Below, in pieces: positions 24,869-35,647 of a stretch of DNA of 64,000 nucleotides. The notes below the pieces were generated by a model, which did no database searches, was not told the origin of the DNA, and worked only from the letters and a program-made list of their open reading frames with translations. The translations under genes and the position numbers were made by a program. The DNA comes from Eremomyces bilateralis CBS 781.70 (lineage: Eukaryota): NCBI GenBank assembly GCA_010015585.1, contig ML975155.1. The stretch is one strand, 5' to 3'. How positions within the stretch are numbered: position 1 is the stretch's first letter; every line of letters starts with the position of its first letter.

Positions 24869-25540
24869 GCTTAAAGTGAGACCAAGTTGGCAACCACCTG
24901 TTCCATTCAGTAGGTAAACTGTGAAACCAAGTTGCTCAAGTGATTAAGGCGCTAGTATTGATGTCGTGTGGGTGAATAGTGAGGACAAAGGATGAGACCG
25001 TGACACGTCAAAATATAGGAGATAGGGAGTGGGGGATATTCACATCTGAGTTGGCATCTTGGGAAGCAATAAGTATGGTCTCTCATGTTCTGCTAACTAA
25101 TGACAAGGACAAAGTTAATAGGCACAAGTAATTACCTGTGCTTAGTAGCACCCCTACTAGGCGCCAAATTCAACAGCAGACGGTGACATTCCCGTATTAT
25201 CGGGTTGTATTCTTGGAGTGTATTATCGGACTATCGGAGACGGGCGGCGTCAGTGAGACTCATTAGAGGGAGGAATTCTTGCCAAGCCTCATGTAGTCAC
25301 GCCCTCACGGTTTGACATGTCCGGGATGCAGTCCGCGAATCGTGAAAGGGACATCCGCAAGGCCTTCTTCACACTTCATACTTCACTGTTCACCGTTTTT
25401 CCATTCCACTCCTACCACCAGATCCCTCACTATTCGACCCTGAATTCAACATTCTCCTATCCATATTCCCGTTCTACTTCCACCGCGTGAGCCTGATTCC
25501 AGCCGTACCCTCACTGATCCCCGATGCCACCGTCAGCTGC

Positions 25541-28387
25541 ATGATCGCCACCGACTCCCGTCCATGTTCGTTACATCGTGAGGACTGTCTCTTGGGGGCG
25601 GAGTTAGCAGAGAGATTTGGGAGGATGGTGCTGAATCCGGACTCCGGAATCCGGGAACCGACCCTCGCTTGTCTAACAGACCCTCAGAATGAAGAGGAGG
25701 AAACGAATGCCGTAGAAAGCGGCATGGCGGCTACGCTGCTGCAACAACGATCACTATTCGAAGATGTCGTGACCACATACCCTCCGATTCTCGAATCTCT
25801 CTTCGCGAACCTCCCGACGACCTCTATTATCGCCCTCTCCAATACTTCGTCCTACCTCCGAGACTTTCTAAGGAAATATCCGCTAGCATGGAGGTCCCTA
25901 TCGTTTCGTTTGCCGCATCCTCTGGTCTCGGGATCGGACAATACGGACAATACCCAGCGGCAGGCCAGGCAGTGTGCGTTCGATGGTCTACTGACCAGAG
26001 TACTTGCGCCAGTCTCTACACGGCTCACGAGTCTCGACCTTTGCAATACCGCCGTTTCTGGGGTCACATTAGTTGCGAGGGTATTGGAGCCTAGGCTCGA
26101 TACTTTGGAGCATCTCTCCGTCCGAGGGTGCAAGAACGTTTCGATCAAATACCACATCCTTCCTTTCCTCCAAAGCTATAGCCCGAAGCACTCCCCGTGG
26201 GCACGACCGGGCGAATTGAAACTCAAGAGTCTGTACACCTACCGCTGCCGACACCACCGCCGCCGCCCTTATCTTCCATCTTCTCTCATTCGAAAAGACT
26301 CTGATTCCGAACCGACCCACGAGCTGATTGAGCTATGTCACGATCTGAACATCTGGACGGATTCCGCATGGTGCACCACCCCAGGCCAACGATGTTTCCG
26401 CCGAAAGAACTACTACACATCTCATGCCACCCCAGGCACCCAGGAGATTTGGGTACCGTTCGATCGCCTCTGGAGATCGCAAAATCGGATCGGGCCCAGT
26501 GCGGAAAGCAAGCCCGGTAAGACTGATAACTGGCGGTTGTGGGAAGATAAAGAAATCGGGTATAATGGGGAGCCGTTGGGAACCGTGGACGAGCCGCATA
26601 AGGGCGAGAGTAAGCTAACTCCCTCGCATCTTCGAACGAGCCATAAGATCTTTGTCGACAATGTCCGATGTGATAAATGCGGGGATCAGATCAACGAGCG
26701 GTGCGAACAATGTAGTGTCCAGATGCACTGCATGGGATGTCGAAGAACCCTTTGCGGGAGTTGCGCGTTCAATCGACCGTTACCCCGGAAGCGCAAGAGA
26801 TCAAGACCTACCCTTCCGCACCTCGATTCTTTCGGCATGCCGTTCTTGCAGAGCGTAAACGTTTCGAGCAATTCCCGGGAGAAGAATCCCAAGTCAAAGA
26901 ACAAGTACTGGTGGGCTCCTGAAACAGTGCGATCACCAAATCATATCAACGAAAATGCGCCATTGGACGACTCGGATTCGGATGACGATGATACCCAGTC
27001 AACGGGCGGTCTCTTTAACAGTCCTGTGAAACTGAGTATGCATTGGTGCTGTCTCGAACCGATTTTCTCGGGCGGAGGTGGCATCGTCTTTCTCGGGCCA
27101 GCCCTGGGTGGAGATGGTGCGGAAAAGATTAGGTCCGTCCCACTTCCAAATGAAAGCCAATACAAGGATCCCGATTTCTCTCCGAAGAAGCGATGGTTCG
27201 CAAAGGAAGCTCTGCAAGACCATGTTCTCTGGCGACCAGGTCTTGACGACGAAGTCGACATTCTGCCTTTCTTGAAACAAGACAAACTCGATCTACAGGC
27301 GACGACCAGTCCTCGAAGTTTATGTCAGGATTGCTTCGACTCAAAGCAATGGCAGGTTAAGTGCAGAGCGTGTATGAAACCCCTTTGCAAAGAACACGAT
27401 TTCCGCGTTCTCAAGATCCGCAAGTGCGGTTTCCGAGACCTTCACACCGAACGAGAGTTTGTCCGCAACTACAGAAAACCGACCGTCCTTGAAATCCCCC
27501 CGTACCATACCATATCCCGACTCCGAGCCCGTGACAGTTCCCCCTCCTCAAATATGGGAAGCATGGACGGCTCCGAAATGGACACGGATGTAGCCACCGA
27601 CTCACGAGCACCGACGCTCATGTCTTCGAGCCAATTCGACGAGCCGATCACAGCGTCACGGGAAACTATCGAAGCACCGAAAGCTGGCAGCTCGGCGCTC
27701 ATCCCCAGGGGACGAATGACCCCTTTACGGCCTCGATCCATGAGCCTGAGCGGCTTCGGTGGGGAATCGCCATATCGGTCACGGCAGACGCAATATACAG
27801 GGTTGAACGAAGATAACCCGCTCCCATGTAGTCCTCGACACCCTGTACAGTGGGAAGGGTGCGGGTCGTACTTCTGCCAGCAGCAGCGGCCGATGGGGGA
27901 TACAAGGGCAAGATGCATGGCTATGGTGCGTGAATGCACGGAATGCAAAGTTCACGTTTGTCAGGTAAGTGTCATCCTACTGGATGGTAGCATTCTCTCA
28001 AACTCGTACCAATCGCTAACAATATTACAGGATTGCTCTATGAATATACCCCGCTGCAGCTGCCAGTTCTGCATGATGAACTACTATTGTCCCAACTGCA
28101 CGCAGAAACCGGGCGTGCGGGCGCGATGCCGCAAAGAGGCCGAGGAGGAGGAGAGGTGCTTGCTGGAAGCCCAAGCGCGAGCTAGAAAGACTAATGAAGC
28201 GGAGGAGCGGAAGAAAGCCGATGAGCTAGTCGAGGCGGTGGCTTGGCTGTTCACTTCGTTGGAGGATAGCCAAGCACAGGGCGAAGAGCCCGGCCCAGCC
28301 CAGGATGCCGGCTTGAACGGGCTAGAGGATGGCGTGGTGGAGGTACTTGATGAGATGCAGGCCACGTACGGGGGTGCCCCGCAATGA
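25541..28387 (+). CDS. Uncharacterised F-box-like/LRR, cysteine-rich protein; intron 27965-28030
   Basis: Long ORF with an F-box-like segment (YPPILESLFANLPTTSIIALSNTS), LRR-like segments LTSLDLCNTAVS and LEHLSVRGCKNVS, and several CxxC clusters. Start uncertain. Confidence 0.7.
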   Translation: MIATDSRPCSLHREDCLLGAELAERFGRMVLNPDSGIREPTLACLTDPQNEEEETNAVESGMAATLLQQRSLFEDVVTTYPPILESLFANLPTTSIIALSNTSSYLRDFLRKYPLAWRSLSFRLPHPLVSGSDNTDNTQRQARQCAFDGLLTRVLAPVSTRLTSLDLCNTAVSGVTLVARVLEPRLDTLEHLSVRGCKNVSIKYHILPFLQSYSPKHSPWARPGELKLKSLYTYRCRHHRRRPYLPSSLIRKDSDSEPTHELIELCHDLNIWTDSAWCTTPGQRCFRRKNYYTSHATPGTQEIWVPFDRLWRSQNRIGPSAESKPGKTDNWRLWEDKEIGYNGEPLGTVDEPHKGESKLTPSHLRTSHKIFVDNVRCDKCGDQINERCEQCSVQMHCMGCRRTLCGSCAFNRPLPRKRKRSRPTLPHLDSFGMPFLQSVNVSSNSREKNPKSKNKYWWAPETVRSPNHINENAPLDDSDSDDDDTQSTGGLFNSPVKLSMHWCCLEPIFSGGGGIVFLGPALGGDGAEKIRSVPLPNESQYKDPDFSPKKRWFAKEALQDHVLWRPGLDDEVDILPFLKQDKLDLQATTSPRSLCQDCFDSKQWQVKCRACMKPLCKEHDFRVLKIRKCGFRDLHTEREFVRNYRKPTVLEIPPYHTISRLRARDSSPSSNMGSMDGSEMDTDVATDSRAPTLMSSSQFDEPITASRETIEAPKAGSSALIPRGRMTPLRPRSMSLSGFGGESPYRSRQTQYTGLNEDNPLPCSPRHPVQWEGCGSYFCQQQRPMGDTRARCMAMVRECTECKVHVCQVSVILLDGSILSNSYQSLTILQDCSMNIPRCSCQFCMMNYYCPNCTQKPGVRARCRKEAEEEERCLLEAQARARKTNEAEERKKADELVEAVAWLFTSLEDSQAQGEEPGPAQDAGLNGLEDGVVEVLDEMQATYGGAPQ

Positions 28388-28711
28388 TGTGCATTTTCTC
28401 GGGTCACGATACTGTATAGCATAATTATACATACTATTGTTAATTGTTCGGTCTAAATGAAAGGATCGGACTCTTCCGATATATTCAAGTTCCGTCCCTA
28501 AAGTATCCAACTATTCCGCCATCGTCTTTCCAGCAATAGTCGCTGTACTCCTGATTTCCAGTTCAGACTTTGTGGCGGTGGCGTCAAGGCGTCCCCTGAG
28601 GGACGGGGCCCAACAACCGAACTTTAAGTCTCAATGGTTACAGTAATCCAACCAAGACAGGTGCTGTGCATCCTGTAAATCTGCCTATCCGTCATCATCG
28701 GTGATGAAATA

Positions 28712-29386
28712 ATGCTTCGAACAGCTGTCCGGATGGCCTCCGCTCCCTCTGAGCTGATAAGTGCCACTGGACGACGATATCGATTAGAAAAGTTCTTGCA
28801 AGATAAACCACATGTTGGCCGTGCCTGGTTGGAAACATTAAGCTATGTTACCCGCTTATGGTATAACTATCTACATCATAGGCTAACGACATCTCAGATC
28901 TGAAGAGGACAATTTCTCCCTCAAGGATATACCGGAGTCCATTTTTGCTGCGTTCAACAATATTATCCTGCCCCGACTTCAGGAGAAGCATCAGCATGCA
29001 TTTGACTTCCCTTCGGTGCCATCCCGAATCAACCAACATTGGTCGACAAGTATTTTACTAGTGACTTATTGAAGCTTGTCAGAATGCAGATTTCGATGCG
29101 ATCGAGGAAACAAATAATTCATGCTATTTTGAGAGGGATTGCTGAATTGCATGACCAAGATGTTGTCCACTTACATATTGAGACTAATTGCTATATAGAC
29201 TTATTGACCGGAGCCAATCATACCCAGATATCAAAGCCTAATAACAATATGGTCAACTTCGACCAGGTTGGCCAAGAAGTGGTGATCAAGCTAGTTCAAC
29301 TTATCGACTTCGAGAACGCAGGTTACCTGCCCAAGCTCAGGTGTATTAAGGAAATGTTAACTTGCCAAGTAATGATAACTAATTGA
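28712..29386 (+). pseudogene. Degenerate, 3'-truncated Ser/Thr protein kinase
   Basis: ILRGIAELHDQDVVHL / DIKPNN-like / VQLIDFENA subdomains are recognisable. Both intron donors lack GT, there is a 1-nt insertion in the DIKP codons, and the sequence ends before APE. Confidence 0.75.
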
Positions 29387-29603
29387 GAGGCTGCTGAGAT
29401 GTGTCCCCAACACGAGCTTTGACCCCAACCACCCAACGCTAGTAATAATGGAAATTAATCGCCCAATTTAGCCTAGCGCATGACGTTCCAAAGCAGCCTC
29501 ACGACGCGTTCGCGTCAGGTATCACAACTTAAGTACCAACTGTACCTGTACCTGTTCTCCTGGCCACATATCCGGCCTGCGTATTGTGGTCTAAGGCATT
29601 TCT

Positions 29604-31938
29604 CTAATGCGCAAACCTAAAGTCCAACCTTTTATTGCCCCTATCCTGTCGTCCTTCGGCCTCCAAATAAGCGTCCCTCTCGTCCTTGTCCATCTTGTTC
29701 CATTTCTCATCCTTCGACTTATTCCTCCACACATAATAAGACTTGACCAGTGGATACAGTACGATATTCATACAGCATATAGCAAGCAACTGGCGGTTTC
29801 CACGTTGATACCGCGGGGCATCGTCCATCCTGTATATATTCGCCGAGATCATGACGGATCCCTGCACGAACATGTTGTAACAAGCGGCTGATACGGTGCG
29901 CGTGCGTACGGTGTTGCTGTTCCGAGAGTTCCAGCCAACCTGGATCGCATGGGCTGAGATGATACGTCAGTTCAGTATCACGACAGATACGATCCTCACT
30001 GTGTTGTCGGATAGATATCGGGGAAGAACAGTGTATCGCGAACGTACCATTTGGATAGGCAAGCAGAAGGGAGGTCACCGCCCATATTGTCCACCGACTC
30101 ACTTTCGTGGTGTCGACAATATTGAGATAGATGAGGAAGGGAAGAATCCAGATCTGCCCGGCTAGCGCCGTGAAGGCCAATTGTCCCCATGTCTCGGCTA
30201 CAACAGTGATGGCAAACATTGCGATGACTAACAATAAAAAGTCAGAATTTCCGGAGGCATTAGTCAAAGGAGATTAAGCTTACTATGCAAAACGGTATAA
30301 GGGATGGTTAACAGATTTGTTTCAAAGGTGTTAAACCCAAGTCCTCTCAGAGACAGTGTAAGGTATATCTGCTGGGGAATTGAAGGTATCTGGAAGGTGA
30401 GCCCCAGGATGTACATTGGCCTGTATCCTGGATGAGAAATAATTCGTTCAGTATCTTCTGCAGAATGAAAACATACCATAAGTCATAGTCCTTCAGACTC
30501 TGCCAGAGTAGCTTCGGGGTCACAGGCTGTCGGTTATGCATACTTCCTTTGGTGGGATCATCGCGAATCACACGGTTGATGATGATTTTCTCCTCCCTGT
30601 AACATGATGGTAAGTGAAGGGTACTATTTGATGTGAGACGGGTCATACCGTTCGGTGAACCACCCCTTCTTCCCACGGAACCAACTTGCTGTCTGCGCCG
30701 GCCCAGCAGGCATGAGGGCAAACGAAAATATGCCAACTACCAAGGTAAGGAGACCCTATATCATTTAATGAGCATTAGAAATAAGAAGATCCAGTCGAGA
30801 AGGCTTACCTCGATGAGGAACAGCCACCGCCAGCCACTGTGCCCCCCTACACCTCTCATTCGTAGGATGCCAAACGCCAATATTGCACTCATGATATCTG
30901 CAATGCTCATCGCGGCCCAGAAGAAGCTAAGGCGGATAGAAAGCTCATGGTGTTTGTAAAAGTATGACAAGTACAAAATAACCTGACATGTTTAGCGCTA
31001 CTGCAGAACGACTGAGTCCGAATGCCCACATCAGGGATGAATCCTCCTTGCAACATTCCCAACAACACTCGGGTGGCCAAAAAAGACGCACGTCCGTTAA
31101 GCCAAAACTGTGAGGCTGCAACGATACTCCAGAGCACCAGTTGTGCGGGAATCCATCGGTCAGGGCCAACCCATTTCGAAACAAGTTGAGATGGGAGCTC
31201 CGCAAGCAGGAAGCTAACCCTAGTCACCGTGTTCCCCAGATTGAAGTCTACGTCCATTAGAAAAGGACGAACACTTTGACCATGAAGCGACATACCATTT
31301 GTAGTCAGATGCAAATCCCCCAGGAAGTTGTCCGTCAACGCCTGCCCGAGATTGGAACGATCGATCTCTAGCGCCATGAACATAATGCAGACCCATCCCA
31401 TAATCAGCAAATCGACCCTGCGAACCAGTTTGTACTCCTCTCCCCAGGTCCAGCGGAACTACGACCACTGGAGTGAGCACAGTAATGAAAGGAGCTGAAA
31501 GTGGACGGCTCTCACCAGCGGGTCGAAGCGGTGGATGTTTTCCCTACTTATGTCAACATCTGCCGCTCTAGAGGGGATTGAGAAAGTCTACCAGTCATCT
31601 CTTGGCTGGTATTTGTTGGCTGTTTCAGCATGATCATATACAGAACGCTGCGAGGTATTAGGACCAAGAGAATAGTCCAAATGGAAGGGATGGTTGACCT
31701 GAGTAGCAATGGCATCCGGATCGAGTTTAACGCTTCGCTGCCACCAAAACCGCTATACAATGCTTAGGAATGGTTTGACAATCGGATTTGTTGACCATAC
31801 CTTCAGTTGTGGAGGAACACCAAGCGGAGGAACATTGTCGTCCACGGGATGTTCAGTGACATTGGGTTCCTTGCCATCGATATCAGTGAGCGATGAGTCT
31901 GACCGGTCAACGGAGCGTTGCACAAGCACTGTGGGCAT
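29604..31938 (-). CDS. MFS transporter, Dal5/ACS family, Soa1/AstA-like sulfonate/sulfate permease; many short introns
   Basis: [57 protein letters not shown] and C-terminal [11 protein letters not shown]. Confidence 0.88.
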
Positions 31939-33231
31939 CTTGACGAAAAGCGACTGAGATTAAGGAAGGAATAACCTGTTCCAACTGGCTCAGGGGACAT
32001 ATATCCGGCACAATAGTACATCCATGAAGTTAATATAAACGGAGGGAACAGGAAAACGAGTTGCCCTGGATGCGCTTGGGACGACTATGTCGTCGATAGT
32101 GATGTGCTATGGCATAATTGCTTGAAAGGGGTGTTAAAATGCCAATCATATGGTATTCGCTTCGAAAATAGAGTTGTCGCATGCCCATGATGCAACTTAT
32201 TCTAGCCCTTCCAGCGAATTCAAGGGATCTGGCAGTCCTGGGACAGACTTGGGGTCGATTACGAGCGATTATGAATGGCTCACATTACCCCAGTGACAAC
32301 CTCCGCCGCCCAACCGGGTCTCCCTTCTGGGGTAGGAATCGATGGCTCTGGGGTGAAACGTTCAGAGACCATGAATCGCCAACCCGATGGTGGAAGAGGT
32401 GCATATTCACACTTAGCAGAGAACCACCATAGCACGTCTATGCACGCTATCCTGGAGGTCGCCCAATGACGATCCTTCTAGGTGTAAGAGCTGCAGGTAT
32501 GCACCAATGGTAAAGGCCATAACCACCGTCACTGCAGAGGCCCTTGTATTGTTGTTGTTGCGTTGGAGCACGGATTGCGACATAATCCAAAGAAGAAAGT
32601 AAGAAACGTGTGGAAAGGGTAATGACGGTCACGTGCTTCTCTCAACCCGTGATTGTGGCACTACCCCTTGAAACTTGGCTCCACAGGTATTATTGATGCT
32701 CATAACAATCGCATTCTTTCTATTACCTAAGTTTTCGTTGGATTGCGAAGAGTCCAGGGGCCATGGCAGGCACAAAAGTATCGTGCTCCGTATAACCTGG
32801 ACCATCAGCAGTTCAGCACATTTACCCCACGTACCCCGCTCAATGAATTTTTTGGATGAAGCATAAGATACTCTAAAATAATAAATCAAGGCTTTAAGAT
32901 AAGATTAATGGACTTGATTCGATGGATGGTGTAGTCATCCTGCCCCAGAATGGCGCAACGGATCAGGAACATGCGTGATCGTCTAGGATCTATCTGCCAT
33001 GACTAGGCTTGTCTAATGCGACATCTTACACATCAACGATGGATGGACAACAAATGGACAATAGTAAAGTGCGTGATCGGTAAGCTGCATTCGACAATAT
33101 GCTGCGGTTTTGAAAATGTCCTAAATATCCGAAAGGATGGATAAAATCAGGACTCGAAGACACCGCAAACGAAGGTAGAAACACTCAGATTACACATTGA
33201 ACCCATTTAACAAAGGAACAATTCAGCAAAT

Positions 33232-34498
33232 ATGGCACCCTCAGCAGTTGTGGCACCCCCAGTGACGGAACAGGAGGTTCCAATTGTTACAAAAGGCAGA
33301 CCGCAGCCGTTGAAATCGTCGGGCCTTCTCGATCAATTCGAGCAATTCGATGTAACTCCAGTCATCGGCACGGAGTTCTCAACGGCCAACTTGGTCGAGT
33401 GGATTAATTCTCCAAATGCGGATGAACTCTTGAAGGAGTTGGCCGTAAAAAGAAAGCACCCTATACCAATACACACGTGCTCTAGACTAATGGACTCGCA
33501 GTCTCCCAGCGCGGTGTGGTATTTTTCCGTGCCCAAGACAGCCTCACGAACGATATTCAGAAAGTATTGGTTCAGCGACTCGGTGAACTGTCGGGAAAGC
33601 CGAAAACCTCGGGCCTGCACATTCACCCGATGTCGAACACTGGCCGGGAGGGTGGAGGAACCGATCCGGAGATCACCACGATCAGCTCTGTCCAGCTCAA
33701 GAAGTTTTACAGCCAAGCTGCAGATCAAGGACTCCGCGGAAAGACACTGAGCGCTGAACTGTGGCATTCGGATATCGCCTTTGAGCCAGTCCCGGCTGAT
33801 TACACCTCGCTTCGACTCGTTGAGCTACCCAAGACGGGAGGAGGTGAGAGGGACCCATATTCTCGCCAGAGGTGGTGCTAACAGCCATGATAGATACTTT
33901 ATGGGCATCCGGATACGAGATCTACGACCGTATCAGTGAGCCATACCAGAAGTTCCTTGAGGGTCTCACGTGCACATTCGCTCAACCGGGATTCAACGCC
34001 GCTGCTGCTCGCGGTGGCTTCGAGATCTATGACAAGCCTCGCGGCGCACCCGAAAACGTTGGTACCCTGTTGCAGGCGGTGCATCCCGTTGTGAGGACCA
34101 ACCCTGTGACTGGCTGGAAGAGTATTTTCCCCGTCGGAGACCATATCAAGCAAATCAATGGCGTGACGGAAGACGAGTCCAAGGCCCTCCTTAGCTGGTT
34201 CTTGGACTTGGTATACAAGAACCACGACCTGCAGGTCCGCCTCAAGTGGAAGAACCCCAACGATATTGGTAAACATCCCGTATTTCCAAAGAAGACGGGG
34301 CTCGGAGCTGACATATGACTAGCGATCTGGGACAACAGAAGCGTCTTCCATAGTGCAACCTTCGATTATGACGGTCAGGGTGAGCGTTTCGGTAACCGGG
34401 CGGTGGGATTGGGTGAGCGCCCATACTTTGATCCCAATAGTAAGTCACGCAGGGAAGCTCTGGGTCAGAATTCTCCTGGTGATAAGATTGTGGTATGA
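33232..34498 (+). CDS. TauD/TfdA Fe(II)/2-oxoglutarate sulfonate dioxygenase (Jlp1-like), three introns
   Basis: DVTPVIGTEF, RGVVFFRAQ, WHSDIAFE, GGDTLWASGYE, HPVVRTNPVTGWKS and IWDNRSVFH. First intron donor is atypical. Confidence 0.92.
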
Positions 34499-35647
34499 CC
34501 GAGTCCGTGAAAATGTCCGGAGCTTATTCGCGGCTTTGCCAGTCCGCAGCCATCTATTCTTCTTAAACCGATTAGTGAGACAAATTGAATTATGGTAATG
34601 AAATAATAGCCTTTGAACTTAGTCCCGTGTGTAGTTGAAAGTGTAGAATAGCGAGCCTATAGAAATCTTGATTAGTAGTTCACGAATGGGGTAGCCCATC
34701 AGAGTATTTCATTGAGCATCTCGGTGCATTAAAGCAAACTATGAGGAACGATTTAAGGCGGGTTTTGGAAGGAAAAGAACAAAAATCAGATCAAGGGACG
34801 CGATAAAGGCTGATGACGAAGAGGACCTGAAGCGTACTAGGGCGCCCGATCCCACCACACGACGGCCACTACTTGATGTGGATACCCAGCGATTACAACT
34901 TCTTGTTCACGTGTAGTACATCGATGTATCAGCCGTGATTTGAGGAAGCATATTGATGATCGTTTTGGCGTGCCAGCTGTTGGGGCTCCTGTGAGACGAT
35001 CGAATTGCCGATTACCACCCGGTTATGCCATTTGGGGATTGGCCAGAGGTTGACGACATGGCTTTTAAGGATCTCATCCTCCAAACGATGAATCTAGACT
35101 CGACAATGCAGATCACCGCGCGTAAGGCTTCGGAACATCTATGGTTCGCGAGTTTGATTAGGTTGTAGAATGCGGACGTGGTTTGGTTGATTGTCCTTCG
35201 GGGGGGTGCAGACCACAATTCGGATTGTGTTTGAAGGAAACGCCTCTCGATGCTGGAGATCAAGACAACAACACCAGCACTTCCACTTAGCTTCAGTAAC
35301 TATTGTCTTTCCAATGATAAGTTGAAGTAAATTTAATGGAGAAGAGTGATTGGTACTGCATCTTTCAGTTTCAAAATCAGAATATTGTGGCAACGGTATA
35401 CACGTGACTATCACTGATGAGTAAGTCGCTATTTATTGTGTCATGATTGGCTGCAAGATGACTCGAGCCTTTGCTGGTGACCTGGCCCACCTGGTACTTG
35501 GGCGTCAACATCCACACATCGGGTGCCATTCTAATTATATTCATTTGAGATGCCAGAATTTCGAAATCAACTCTTCTAAGCTCTCTATAGCCTTAGACAG
35601 ATATCCATATCTACAGTTCTACGGAATATACGAGCCTCAAAATAACT

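Noticed and set aside
29501..29517. ACGCGTTCGCGT MCB-like pair
   Set aside because: It lies between a pseudogene 3' end and a gene 3' end, not upstream of any gene.
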